Of a DNA stretch of 64,000 nt, positions 28,728-38,219 are shown piece by piece. Made by a program: the position numbers and the translations under genes. This DNA comes from Cyanobacteriota bacterium (GTDB lineage Bacteria; Cyanobacteriota; Cyanobacteriia; JARCMD01), in the NCBI GenBank assembly GCA_038326735.1, contig JBBQKH010000007.1, positions 2,937 through 66,936 of the forward strand. Direction: 5' to 3'. The notes below the pieces were generated by a model. The model did not search any database. It worked only from the letters and a program-made list of their open reading frames with translations, and was not told where the DNA came from. Positions within the stretch are counted from its first letter, which is position 1; every line of letters starts with the position of its first letter.

Positions 28728-29906
28728 ATGTCTCAGGATGTGATGAAAAAACTGCGATCGGCTTCACAGTACAACGTCTTAGAAATAAGCTCATCTCTTG
28801 ACCTCGGTTCAGAAACCGATCGCGTTCCAGGTAGCTCCCAAACCTTCAGAGACCGCAGCCAAGATGGGGGAAATAGTTCCCATCAGAGTCTTAGCACCTC
28901 AGATTGGTCAGTAGAAGCCTACGCCGATGGTCTAATGGATGAGCTGTTTGATGAAGTGGATCACATCCTGGATGGCGGAGCCGATATTGACGACCCAGAC
29001 TTTTCAGAATACGTCTCCCTCCAAACCATTACAGTTCCCAGCAGCGTGTTGTCCCCATCTTCCTATGGAACGTTGCCTCACTCTGGCTTAGCAGTTCGCC
29101 GTCGGGAACGCTCCGCCGCCCCCTCTTTAGAGGCGATCGACACCAAATCCCAACCCCGCCAGACACTGTTCCTAGACAAGCTGCTCCTAATCTTGGCTGG
29201 ACTCTCAACGCTAATGGCGGCGATCGTGATGCTGGTAATCCAAGGCAAACTGCTCCCCACCTGGGTCGCTAACTCCGGGCAATCGCAAACCTCTGTTTCA
29301 ACAGCCACAACCCAAGATCCCCAAACTGTAGCCAATGAACAGGCGGATCAGCAGTTCGCTGGTTACATCCAACGATCGCTTGACGTGATCCAACAACAAG
29401 GAACGAAGGCTAATCCCGCCCCTGGACTCGTTGGCGTTCCCATCCTACCCGGCAACCCTAATCTGCCGACCGTTGCTATTAATGGCAACATTCCCCAAAT
29501 TCCCGGGCGCTTCCCCACCTATGTCCCCATTTATTCCTCTCCCCAGGGCGCAGTGCCAGCTATCCCCGGTGTGCCAACGATTCCGAGCGTACCAAAACCT
29601 GCAACTGGAACCCTCCCCACGACCTCCCAGCCGCGTTCTTGGGTAACGATTCCCTCTACCTCGATCGCACCCTCTGTCCCACAGGTGACGATTCCCACTC
29701 CAGCCGTAACCTATACCTTAGTTGGGCTACTGCAATTGGGTAGTCGCTCTGCGGCACTGTTTGACATCAACGGCAACACCCAGCGAATTTCGATCGGAGA
29801 GCCGATCGGGAGCAGCGGTTGGATTTTAGTTAAAATTGCCAGTCAAGAAGCCCTCGTTCGCCGTAACGGTGAAGTCCGCTCTATTTACGTCGGACAGAAG
29901 TTTTAG
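28728..29906 (+). CDS. membrane-anchored Pro-rich protein with a PilP/GspC-like C-terminal beta domain (tentative)
   Basis: One central TM (LLLILAGLSTLMAAIVMLVI) and a Pro-rich spacer. The C-terminus YTLVGLLQLGSRSAALFDINGNTQRISIGEPIGSSGWILVKIASQEALVRRNGEVRSIYVG has the pattern of PilP-type domains. Confidence 0.4.
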   Translation: MSQDVMKKLRSASQYNVLEISSSLDLGSETDRVPGSSQTFRDRSQDGGNSSHQSLSTSDWSVEAYADGLMDELFDEVDHILDGGADIDDPDFSEYVSLQTITVPSSVLSPSSYGTLPHSGLAVRRRERSAAPSLEAIDTKSQPRQTLFLDKLLLILAGLSTLMAAIVMLVIQGKLLPTWVANSGQSQTSVSTATTQDPQTVANEQADQQFAGYIQRSLDVIQQQGTKANPAPGLVGVPILPGNPNLPTVAINGNIPQIPGRFPTYVPIYSSPQGAVPAIPGVPTIPSVPKPATGTLPTTSQPRSWVTIPSTSIAPSVPQVTIPTPAVTYTLVGLLQLGSRSAALFDINGNTQRISIGEPIGSSGWILVKIASQEALVRRNGEVRSIYVGQKF

Positions 29907-30029
29907 GTTGGGGAACGCTAACGTTGAGTTAATGTCTCACCTCAAACATTGGTCGTTGGTTATCAAGGCGAGTTTCTAGTCTAGGTTGTCCTGTAATTAA
30001 CTGATCACTTTTATCAACACCGGATCATC

Positions 30030-30614
30030 ATGGGCTTATTTGAAGATCTCAGTCGTTCTCTAGAAACTCGATTAGAGGAGTTTTTGCGTAGCAACCCCCA
30101 CCTAGAACTGCTGGCTCTAGATGACGAAGTGCGGGAGCAAGAACAAGCAACTCAGCGCCTCATGCTGGAACTGCAACAGCAAGAAAAGCGATTTCAAGAT
30201 GAGATTTTAGAGACAGCCAAAGAAGTTCAACTCTGGCACATGCGGATTCAAAAAGCTAAAAATGCCAATCGGTTAGATTTGGCACAACCTGCCCAAGAAC
30301 GAGAAGCGGCCCTGTTGCGTCAAGGCAACCAAAGCTGGAGCAAAATGCAATTGGTGAAGGAACGCCTCAAGCAAACCGAGGAACTCCAGCGCAAAGTTCA
30401 ACAACGCCGACAGGAAGTGCAAGCAAAATTGTCCCAAGCTCAGGCAGAGCGCGCTAACCCCTCCCCAGATCAACGATCGCAAACCACAGGTTGGAATCAA
30501 AGTCAAAGTCACACCACCCGAACTCCTAGTGCCAAAGATCCCCTGGATGCCAAGTTTCAGCAGTGGGAAATGGATGAAGAACTAGACCAGCTTAAGCGCA
30601 ACATTAGACAGTAG
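30030..30614 (+). CDS. conserved cyanobacterial coiled-coil protein (TIGR04376-like, tentative)
   Basis: The N-terminus MGLFEDLSRSLETRLEEFLRSNPHLELLAL is followed by coiled coil. The family assignment is from memory only. Confidence 0.4.
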   Translation: MGLFEDLSRSLETRLEEFLRSNPHLELLALDDEVREQEQATQRLMLELQQQEKRFQDEILETAKEVQLWHMRIQKAKNANRLDLAQPAQEREAALLRQGNQSWSKMQLVKERLKQTEELQRKVQQRRQEVQAKLSQAQAERANPSPDQRSQTTGWNQSQSHTTRTPSAKDPLDAKFQQWEMDEELDQLKRNIRQ

Positions 30615-31408
30615 TCGTTGAAGCTCAATCATAGGGTCTTCCAGTAGCCCTACCACACTGCGGTTAGAACTCTTAGAAATGTGATCTGCTATACACATTA
30701 ATTGAGTGATCTCAGCCTAAATTAGTACATGCGTTTTAGGCTAGCACTGGAGGCTGTGAATTCTAATCCCGCAACAATTTTGGCTCCCACTATTTTTTGC
30801 CCTACTCATCATTGCTAATCATGGCTGCCCGATAAAATTTACAGTTTCATAAATTTCAGATAGGAGAGTAAATCTCATTAACCTTAGAGGAGTAAATTTT
30901 TGGTCTGACAGACTAAGCACTGCTACAGAGTCGATCGCCTAAGTGCTGAGTTTCCAAAAGACACGGATACATTACCTATCCACAAGCCTTTAAGAGGAAT
31001 TAACATCTCCAAGTAAATACTTTCAGGAATAATTACTCAGGAACAATTTCAGGGTTAAAACTTCAGTACAGATACCCCATCCTAAGCGTGGGACTAGAGT
31101 ACGGTTATCACGAGTCTCTCAGCATAGGCATTTGCCGAGTCTCGGCTCATCATAGTGATAGGTACCCAGTAGATGTTGAATTATAACGATCGCAAGGAGT
31201 AAAAGAAGTGAGGATCGAAACTTCAACTTGGGAGCTGCTATATGACATGAAGCAGTGCATGGCAGATTCAGCACTACCTTTTGCGAGACTATCCCTTAAG
31301 CCTAGACTCGTAAAGTTTTAAAACCAACGTTGGTTCATATTCTGTAGAAGAGGTGACGAGATGAGCAGAACTTCAGCCGAGCGACTCTTCAATGGTTTAT
31401 CCCTCAAA

Positions 31409-31466
31409 GATTGAGACCCAGTAAGGTTTAGACCCAGTAAGATTGAGACCCAGTAAGGTTTAGACC
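31409..31466 (+). repeat. 32-bp tandem repeat (about 1.8 units), itself built of 16-bp gacccagtaagRttKa subunits
   Basis: gattgagacccagtaaggtttagacccagtaa is followed by gattgagacccagtaaggtttagacc. It lies within the 1.16-kb ORF-free region upstream of the sigma factor gene. Confidence 0.8.
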
Positions 31467-31775
31467 GGACATCAGGATCACTCTATGGGGTGAATGCTTG
31501 CTATTTGTCAAGACTTAAACTTATATTAGGAACAAGGACAAACTCATAATGACTTCACTTAAACAGGTTTCTCCCAAATCTACATCTATTAGCTGGTCAA
31601 CTGCTAGTTATTTGTCGTTGAAGTAATAGCTAAAGATTACTTGTCTCGACGGGGTTGGTTCAGCTTCAAACTTATCTTGCTTTGTGGATGGTGTGACGTA
31701 GCGTTACATCACCATTCCTATTTTTTCTCTATTTACAGCACTTCAAACCTTTCTTACTGAGTTCACTACATCATT

Positions 31776-32768
31776 ATGGCTACTGCTGAAACTAAAAACA
31801 AAACTGCCAAAACTGCTAAGCCCGTGTTTAGTGCAGACATGGTTCGTACCTATTTGCATGAGATCGGTCGGGTTCCGCTGCTGACGCAAGAACAAGAAAT
31901 TGTCTACGGAAAGCAAGTGCAACAAATGATGAGTCTCCTGGAAAAGCGGGAGGCTTTAACCGAACAGTTGCACCATGAGCCAACTCAGGTCGAGTGGGCG
32001 GACGATGTGCAAATGGTTGAGGCAGATCTAACCAAGGCCTTGAAGCAAGGTCAACGGGCTAAGCAAAAGATGATCGAGGCAAATTTGCGCTTGGTGGTGG
32101 CGATCGCCAAAAAGTACCAAAAGCGTAATATGGAATTCCTAGATCTGATCCAAGAAGGGAGTCTTGGCTTGGAGCGGGGAGTGGAGAAATTTGACCCAAT
32201 GCGGGGCTATAAGTTCTCGACCTATGCTTACTGGTGGATTCGCCAGGCAATCACCCGGGCGATCGCTCAACAAGCTCGCACCATTCGCCTGCCGATTCAC
32301 ATCACTGAAAAGCTGAATAAAATCAAGAAAACGCAGCGGGAATTGACCCAAAAACTGGGGCGTAGTCCTAATCCGGCTGAAATTGCCCAAGTATTGGAGC
32401 TAGAGCCTGCCCAGATCCGGGAGTATTTGATTATGGCGCGTCAGCCTGTCTCGCTGGATTTACGAGTGGGAGATAACCAGGATACAGACCTCCAGGATCT
32501 GTTAGAAGATGACGGCCCTTCTCCTGAGTCCCACACTGTACAAGAGCTATTGCGGCAAGACCTAAAAGACTTGTTAGCGGAGCTAACCGCCCAACAACGG
32601 GAAGTGATTGTCCTTCGTTATGGCTTGGAAGATGGACATGAACTGTCCCTAGCCAAGGTTGGGGAACGGATGAACATCAGTCGGGAGCGAGTCCGACAAC
32701 TAGAGCATCAAGCTCTTAGCCACCTGCGCCGCCGCCAAAATAATGTGCGTGAGTATTTGGCAAGCTAG
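31776..32768 (+). CDS. RNA polymerase sigma factor, group 2 (RpoD/SigA-like)
   Basis: Region 2 is LIQEGSLGLERGVEKFDPMRGYKFSTYAYWWIRQAITRAI. Region 3 is ITEKLNKIKKTQRELTQKLGR. Region 4 is LSLAKVGERMNISRERVRQLEHQAL. At 330 aa it lacks the long N-terminal region of group-1 SigA. Confidence 0.85.
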   Translation: MATAETKNKTAKTAKPVFSADMVRTYLHEIGRVPLLTQEQEIVYGKQVQQMMSLLEKREALTEQLHHEPTQVEWADDVQMVEADLTKALKQGQRAKQKMIEANLRLVVAIAKKYQKRNMEFLDLIQEGSLGLERGVEKFDPMRGYKFSTYAYWWIRQAITRAIAQQARTIRLPIHITEKLNKIKKTQRELTQKLGRSPNPAEIAQVLELEPAQIREYLIMARQPVSLDLRVGDNQDTDLQDLLEDDGPSPESHTVQELLRQDLKDLLAELTAQQREVIVLRYGLEDGHELSLAKVGERMNISRERVRQLEHQALSHLRRRQNNVREYLAS

Positions 32769-32874
32769 TGTTCTGTCAAGAAAATTTTGAGGGGTCTTCG
32801 ACCCCTCAAAATTTAACTCCAACTAACCTCCCAGTTTTCAGCTGCCCGTCAATTAATGATTGACAGACTACTAG
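32765..32874 (+). mobile_element. MITE type 2 (110 bp), copy 1
   Basis: Terminal inverted repeats ctagtgttctgtcaa / ttgacagactactag. Internal hairpins are aaaattttgaggggtcttcgacccctcaaaattt and gtcaattaatgattgac. Two more copies lie at 56612-56825. It overlaps the sigma gene's TAG stop. Confidence 0.8.
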
Positions 32875-32883
32875 GTAAGTTGT

Positions 32884-32921
32884 GAGGAAGGCGATCGTCT
32901 TCCTCCTCTTTATTTATTTTT
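32884..32921 (+). terminator. rho-independent terminator candidate downstream of the sigma factor gene
   Basis: Stem gaggaag / cttcctc around the loop gcgatcgt, followed by ctctttatttattttt. Confidence 0.5.
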
Positions 32922-33237
32922 ACTATCAAGAAGTGTGAGCTTCTGAGGTTACGCCCTGGTTTTTTATCTATACTGTGCTTAGTACAAAAGAACTAATTAA
33001 TTTTTTATCCCATGCCTCACTTGGTGCTGGTAGATTTTTACAATTTTCATATCTATATCTTTCTGTAGTTCTTTACTCATAGTGGAATGTTGCATAGTTG
33101 TCCTAACGTGAAGGGCGAGCGCACCAACTCTAATGGGTTGAAATAATTAACTGTATTGTTTCCGAAATCCCTAGTAGTGCTTGTGAATCTAATCAGATAG
33201 ACCAGTGGATGTTGTGAGAGTGAAGGGAGAAAAGGCA

Positions 33238-33804
33238 ATGCGGAATCTATCAGTTAAGCCTGTTTCATCGGTATTTCTTCGGTTGGCTGCGTTAAGAAAG
33301 CCAATTTCAGGATTGATGGTGGCTTTGGGAGTTGTTGTGAGTGGTCTGGCTTCCTTTCCTGCGATCGGTGCAGCAGTACCCCGTCCCCAAGTCAAGGATG
33401 CTGCTCCATCTGTTACCCGCCCTAGTAGCTTTCCTGCTGATGGCATTTATCTCTATGGTCAGTCTCCCCGCCCTGACCAATTGGGGCAATCCTATCTAGT
33501 GTTTGAAGTGCGGCAGAAGAAGGTTCTAGGCGCTTTTTACATGCCTTCTTCGTCCTTTGATTGTTTTTATGGGGCGGTGCAGCAGGGGCAACTTGCTTTG
33601 ACAGTGATTGACAGTTACGAGCGCACGGCTAATCCCTACGCGATTGCTTTGGAGCGCACCGATTCTGTTGCTTCGGCGACCAACCCTGCAATCGCTGGCA
33701 TTGAGCTGAAGGGCTACCATCCGATCGCTAAAGTGAGTGAAAACGATCGGCGCATTTTGAACACCTGCAAAGCTGACCAGCAAAACCAAGATTTGCGGAA
33801 GTAA
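33238..33804 (+). CDS. secreted hypothetical protein
   Basis: I chose the ATG at 33238 within track ORF 33205..33804. Signal-peptide-like MRNLSVKPVSSVFLRLAALRKPISGLMVALGVVVSGLASFPAIGAA. Confidence 0.4.
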   Translation: MRNLSVKPVSSVFLRLAALRKPISGLMVALGVVVSGLASFPAIGAAVPRPQVKDAAPSVTRPSSFPADGIYLYGQSPRPDQLGQSYLVFEVRQKKVLGAFYMPSSSFDCFYGAVQQGQLALTVIDSYERTANPYAIALERTDSVASATNPAIAGIELKGYHPIAKVSENDRRILNTCKADQQNQDLRK

Positions 33805-33951
33805 AGGATTGGCATCCAAACAAGCTGCTAATCAAAATCTATGGGATGGGCACGCTTTGTTGCCTATCCTACCCAGATGGTCTTTTACTAAACCGCAATC
33901 TAGCTAGGTTGGCGCTTTAAATTGGGAACAGAATCAAGAGGTGATAGCTGA

Positions 33952-34530
33952 ATGATTGCCAACCGAAACTCTATCTATATTTCCCCACAGGAGTATCTAC
34001 AGGCAGAGCAAGATAGCCTTATCAAGCATGAGTACCGACAGGGATTAGTTTATGCAATGGCTGGGGCAAGTAATACCCACGTACTCATTGCCGTAAATTT
34101 AGTAGCAATGTTGAGAAGTTATGTGCGTGGAAGTGGTTGTCGAGTTTATACAGCAGATACAAAGGTACATATTGATTCTGTTGAGAGCTACTACTATCCT
34201 GACGTAGCAATTAGTTGCGATCGACGAGATAGAGAATTTAAGGACTTTTTGCGCTATCCCTGTTTGATTGTGGAAGTGCTATCTGATACGACAGAGGCGT
34301 TCGATCGGGGTCATAAATTTGAAGATTATCGACATTTAGAGTCGCTTCAGGACTATGTGTTGGTGAGCCAAACCCGTAAGCGAGTGGAATGTTTTCGCCG
34401 GAATACGGAAGGGCAGTGGGTGCTTTATTCTTACGGTGAAGGGGATGAAATTTATCTGGCAAGTGTGGATTTTCGGTGCGGTGTATTGGATGTCTACGAG
34501 GATGTGGACTTTCCCATGCCAAATCAATAG
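33952..34530 (+). CDS. Uma2 (DUF820) family endonuclease
   Basis: SPQEYLQAEQDS..KHEYRQGLVYAMAGAS..H, YYPDVAISCD, CLIVEVLSDTTEAFDRGHKFEDYRHLESLQDYVLVSQ. The PD-(D/E)xK core D...EVLS...K matches the Uma2 pattern. Confidence 0.75.
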   Translation: MIANRNSIYISPQEYLQAEQDSLIKHEYRQGLVYAMAGASNTHVLIAVNLVAMLRSYVRGSGCRVYTADTKVHIDSVESYYYPDVAISCDRRDREFKDFLRYPCLIVEVLSDTTEAFDRGHKFEDYRHLESLQDYVLVSQTRKRVECFRRNTEGQWVLYSYGEGDEIYLASVDFRCGVLDVYEDVDFPMPNQ

Positions 34531-34606
34531 GCATAGAAAGCAGCGACTTCAATCAACTTGCAGGTTGAGGGTTATGGTCTGCTGAAATTTCATGGAAAGC
34601 ATTGAT

Positions 34607-36988
34607 TCAAACCACTTGATAAACAAAGCTCAGAGTTGCCCAAGTAGCCACATTTAAGGTGTAGGTTTCTCCGGTTGCATTGGCAGAGCTAGGGCCTCCG
34701 CTTGCCTGGTGCAAATCTTGAAGCAGTGCAGATACGACCTCTAAGGGATTGGTTGGGGTAGTTAGCTCTTGGGTCGTCCTAGAAGACGAGTTTTTTAAGG
34801 CGATTAGGGTTTGGGTAAAGGGGGAATGGCTCGCAATCACCTGGGTTGTGGTGGTGCCGATCGGTTCCCGAATGCTCCACTCAAAGGTGGTGGCAGGTTG
34901 GGGTAAGGTTGGGCTTTCCCGTGGTGCAATGATGGCTGAAATAAGTGGAATTTCACTTCCTTCAGCGTTGGGTGCAGCTTGGTTGGGGGTGAGTTGGCTG
35001 GGGGTAAGGAGGAGGAGGTTGCTGAGGCTATCTAGGTTAACCAAAAGTAAATGGAGCGACCGATCGCCCTGATTCGTAATTTGACAGGACATGCGACTGC
35101 CGACTGGAACGGAAATGGCTGCTTGATCTGAGTCAAATTGGGTTGGATCAGTCCTTTGGGTCGATCGCTGAGCCAGAGATGGGATGGGGGCTATAGTTTT
35201 CAAAACGGCGGTCACCTTCAACGCCGATCGATTTTCGTTGGTGATTAGGTGTAATAACTTCGCCGTGAGGAGCGATCGGGTTTGGGGTACCAAGCGTTGC
35301 ACTGCCAATTTAATCGCCTCTACTTTCTCGTCTCCAGTGCTAGCAATTAACTCGCGGTTCATGGAAAATAACCCGTAGCGACTAGGAGGGGCCAAGTCTC
35401 CAACGCGCACAGTCAGCGACTCACTATCACCCGATGCCTCAGTTGAGGCAAGCGCCGTGGCAATTTGCACCGGATTGATGACTCGCCCAAATACACAGTC
35501 TGCGGGTTGATCAGGGGTGGCTATGATCGCTTTGACATGGGGAATGGTGGCAAAGGCACTGGTGGCATCGACGCGCTCAATGCGTTCCAGATTAGGGTCA
35601 AGGGCGATCGTCAAACCCAGGTTACGGGGGACAACGCGCCCCGCCTCTCGCACTAGCTGCCCGACCTGTAAGGATGGAGGTTCAGATTCATTGGGCTGTC
35701 CAGACGGAGCAAGCTGTCCAGACGAAGAAAGCCTAGCTTTGGCGATTAATCCGTCTCGTCCAGAGACCTGAAGCTGAGGCCAACTAGGACGGGCGGACAT
35801 TACTGTGTCGCTGGCTGGAGTTTCTGGTTCCAGCGTTGTTGTAGGTACCAGAGTGAGCAGGGAGTTTGCGCCAAACTGTTCAAGGACGATCGCAGGCAAC
35901 CCAGCCAGCCAAATTCGGGCGACTCTGCCTTCTTCTTCCACCCCAATTACTACGCCATCTGCCTCAGCATTAATGGTGGAGAACAAATCCTCTAAGCGCA
36001 ATGACCCTGATTTTTGACGGCTGAGTTTGGGCTGTTGTGCTAACCCCACCCGTTCCTGAATGTCGGTTGCAGCTTGGTGTAAACTCACACGCCAAGGGGT
36101 TGGGGCGGTGGCTGTCCACAAATGACGGGTGAGGGCATAGGTGAACATTCCCGCACTAAACCCGCTCCACGAGGCTTCCAAAGCGCTGCTGGGTGGAGCA
36201 GTGGTAGTAAGCTGCTCGGATGCTTTCCTTAGTTGTTCCCCATGAGAGGCAGAGAGGATAATGCCTGGAATGGGTCGAGAGGGGTTACCAAATGGCTTGG
36301 GTTGAGATTGCGTCCTCAGTTGCTCTTGAAACGCCAGGACATCAGGATTCAAGGGCATCGGGGACAGACGAGGACGCGATCGAACTCGCAGGTTGCCCAA
36401 GGGAGCCGTGTCTATCTCTTGACTTGTTATGTAGCTGGTGTCGAGGGTGGTGATAACGCGATCGGTGCGAAGCGATCGGAGTAGTAGCAACAAGGTTTCC
36501 TCTAGCAAGCCATTGCTCATCAATCCTGCGTCTGTGGAGAGGATATTATCCACGGGCATCAGGGCGTTTTGCCAAATGTCCAACGAGGAATCTGTCTGAA
36601 TCTGGCTGCCATAGCCACTGAAATGCACCACAACGGTATCACCGCGCTCTGCCTGTTGGGTAAGGTGGGTGAGGAAGGCGGTTTCGATCGCCTCTCGTGT
36701 GGCAGCTTTATCGGTGAGGGTCAAAATATCGGTGGGCTGGAACCCGAAGCGATGCACCAGTAATTCTCGTTGCAGCGCCACATCGGTTAAGCAGCCCTGG
36801 AGGGCGGGCACTCTTATTTCGTCAATTGACGAATATTGATTGATGCCAATCAGTAGGGCGAGTTTACGGGGGCTAGGTTGAGCCAGAGCTTGAAAGTAGC
36901 GCTGACTGAGACAGCCTAATCCCGTTTCGTAAAGTCCCAAGGTTGCCAGAGCTAGTCCAGTCTGCTGCAAAAACTCTCGTCGCTTCAT
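34607..36988 (-). CDS. caspase-fold (peptidase C14, orthocaspase-like) protein with substituted catalytic dyad and a Tat-type signal
   Basis: The N-terminus MKRREFLQQTGLALATLGL has a twin-arginine motif. The p20-like domain is KLALLIGINQY...LQGCLTDVALQRELLVHRFGF...TVVVHFSGYGS...VITTLDTSY. Tyr sits where HFSGHG has His, and Ser sits where D(S/A)C has Cys. A C-terminal extension of about 480 aa follows. Confidence 0.75.
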   Translation of the reverse strand: MKRREFLQQTGLALATLGLYETGLGCLSQRYFQALAQPSPRKLALLIGINQYSSIDEIRVPALQGCLTDVALQRELLVHRFGFQPTDILTLTDKAATREAIETAFLTHLTQQAERGDTVVVHFSGYGSQIQTDSSLDIWQNALMPVDNILSTDAGLMSNGLLEETLLLLLRSLRTDRVITTLDTSYITSQEIDTAPLGNLRVRSRPRLSPMPLNPDVLAFQEQLRTQSQPKPFGNPSRPIPGIILSASHGEQLRKASEQLTTTAPPSSALEASWSGFSAGMFTYALTRHLWTATAPTPWRVSLHQAATDIQERVGLAQQPKLSRQKSGSLRLEDLFSTINAEADGVVIGVEEEGRVARIWLAGLPAIVLEQFGANSLLTLVPTTTLEPETPASDTVMSARPSWPQLQVSGRDGLIAKARLSSSGQLAPSGQPNESEPPSLQVGQLVREAGRVVPRNLGLTIALDPNLERIERVDATSAFATIPHVKAIIATPDQPADCVFGRVINPVQIATALASTEASGDSESLTVRVGDLAPPSRYGLFSMNRELIASTGDEKVEAIKLAVQRLVPQTRSLLTAKLLHLITNENRSALKVTAVLKTIAPIPSLAQRSTQRTDPTQFDSDQAAISVPVGSRMSCQITNQGDRSLHLLLVNLDSLSNLLLLTPSQLTPNQAAPNAEGSEIPLISAIIAPRESPTLPQPATTFEWSIREPIGTTTTQVIASHSPFTQTLIALKNSSSRTTQELTTPTNPLEVVSALLQDLHQASGGPSSANATGETYTLNVATWATLSFVYQVV

Positions 36989-37066
36989 TGCTGTGTCCTG
37001 AGTCCTCTACCTTCGCACTCTATCAGGTTAGGAACTCTGGGAAAAGTCATTCAGGACTCAGTGTGG

Positions 37067-37143
37067 GAAGGGTGAAGGGTGAAGTCAGAAGGGTGAAGGG
37101 TGAGGTTAGAAGGGTGAAGGGTGAGGTTAGAAGGGTGAAGTCG
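37067..37143. repeat. heptamer-based tandem array (gaagggt / gaggtta; 21-bp superunit, about 3.7 copies)
   Basis: gaagggtgaagggtgaagtca gaagggtgaagggtgaggtta gaagggtgaagggtgaggtta gaagggtgaagtcg. It lies in the divergent spacer between the caspase-like gene and the TPR gene. Confidence 0.85.
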
Positions 37144-37214
37144 GAACCCGTTTGCTCTGGTGTTTCAATATTCTCTTGCTTAAAATGTTGAGGTGATTTG
37201 CGTGGTGAATTGCT

Positions 37215-38189
37215 ATGTCTGACAAAAATAGGGTTGGAGTTAAGCGTCTTGGGCTATTTGTGATGCTGGCTGCGATCGTGGTGGCAGTGTCGGGGCTAGT
37301 GATTTGGCGACAAATCAACCTTGTTAAGACTGACAATGATCCAAAAAGTGCTGAAGTTGAACAGAGGAACGCGCAAAAAGCGATCGAGGATTACACTCAG
37401 GCACTCGAACTCAATCCCAACGATGCTACAGGTTACTTCCACCGGGGGCTTATTTATACTAGGCAAGGGAATTTCCAGAAGGCGATCGAGGACTACAACC
37501 AGGCAATTAAACTCAAGCCTAATTTTGGCGAGGCTTACAATACCCGGGGAAGTGCTTACTTCAGGCAGGGAAACTCACAAAAGGCGATCGAGGATTACAC
37601 TCAGGCAATTAAACTCAATCCCAGCGATGCCGAAGCTTACTTCGACCGGGGGCTTGCTTACGCTAAGCAAGGGAACGTCCAGAAGGCGATCGAGGATTAT
37701 ACTCAGACAATTAAACTCCGACCTAACTTTGCTGAAGCTTACTCCAACCGGGGGGTTGCTTATGCTAAGCAAGGGAACGTCCAGCAAGCGATCGAGGATT
37801 ATACTCAGGCAATTAAACTCGATCCTTACTATGCTGAAGCTTACTACAACCGAGGAATTGCTTACTATAACCAGGGCAACTCTCAGAGAGCGATCGAGGA
37901 TTATACTCAGGCAATTAAACTCCGACCTAACTTTGCTAAAGCTTACTCCAACCGGGGGGCTACTTACGTTAATAAAGGGAATTTCCAGAAGGCGATCGAG
38001 GACTTTAATCAGGCAATTAAACTTGATCCTTACTATGGCTGGGCTTATTACAATCGAGGACTGGCTTACCGCGAAAAAGGCGACAATCAAAGCGCGGCTA
38101 AGGATTTGAGAAGGGCTTTGGAATTAACGCAAGATCCAGCATTACAACAACTTGCTGAACAGGAACTTCGGGAGTTGGGAGTGCAGTAG
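37215..38189 (+). CDS. TPR repeat protein with an N-terminal membrane anchor
   Basis: TM segment LGLFVMLAAIVVAVSGLVIW. About eight 34-aa units follow, of the form AIEDYTQAIKL.P.(F/Y)AEAY.NRG.AY..QGN.QK, and they are nearly identical at the DNA level. Confidence 0.85.
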   Translation: MSDKNRVGVKRLGLFVMLAAIVVAVSGLVIWRQINLVKTDNDPKSAEVEQRNAQKAIEDYTQALELNPNDATGYFHRGLIYTRQGNFQKAIEDYNQAIKLKPNFGEAYNTRGSAYFRQGNSQKAIEDYTQAIKLNPSDAEAYFDRGLAYAKQGNVQKAIEDYTQTIKLRPNFAEAYSNRGVAYAKQGNVQQAIEDYTQAIKLDPYYAEAYYNRGIAYYNQGNSQRAIEDYTQAIKLRPNFAKAYSNRGATYVNKGNFQKAIEDFNQAIKLDPYYGWAYYNRGLAYREKGDNQSAAKDLRRALELTQDPALQQLAEQELRELGVQ

Positions 38190-38219
38190 GGTTTTTGGTG
38201 AGGGAACTGCTTTTAGTAG

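Noticed and set aside
36943-37191. 82-aa ORF containing the VKGEVRR repeats
   Set aside because: It is simply the translation of the gaagggt heptamer array in the divergent promoter spacer.
37321-38109. Long alternative-frame ORFs inside the TPR gene (37321..38109 plus strand, 37575..38090 minus strand)
   Set aside because: They are artefacts of the 102-bp repeat periodicity, which keeps all frames open. Only the frame giving canonical TPR units is credible.
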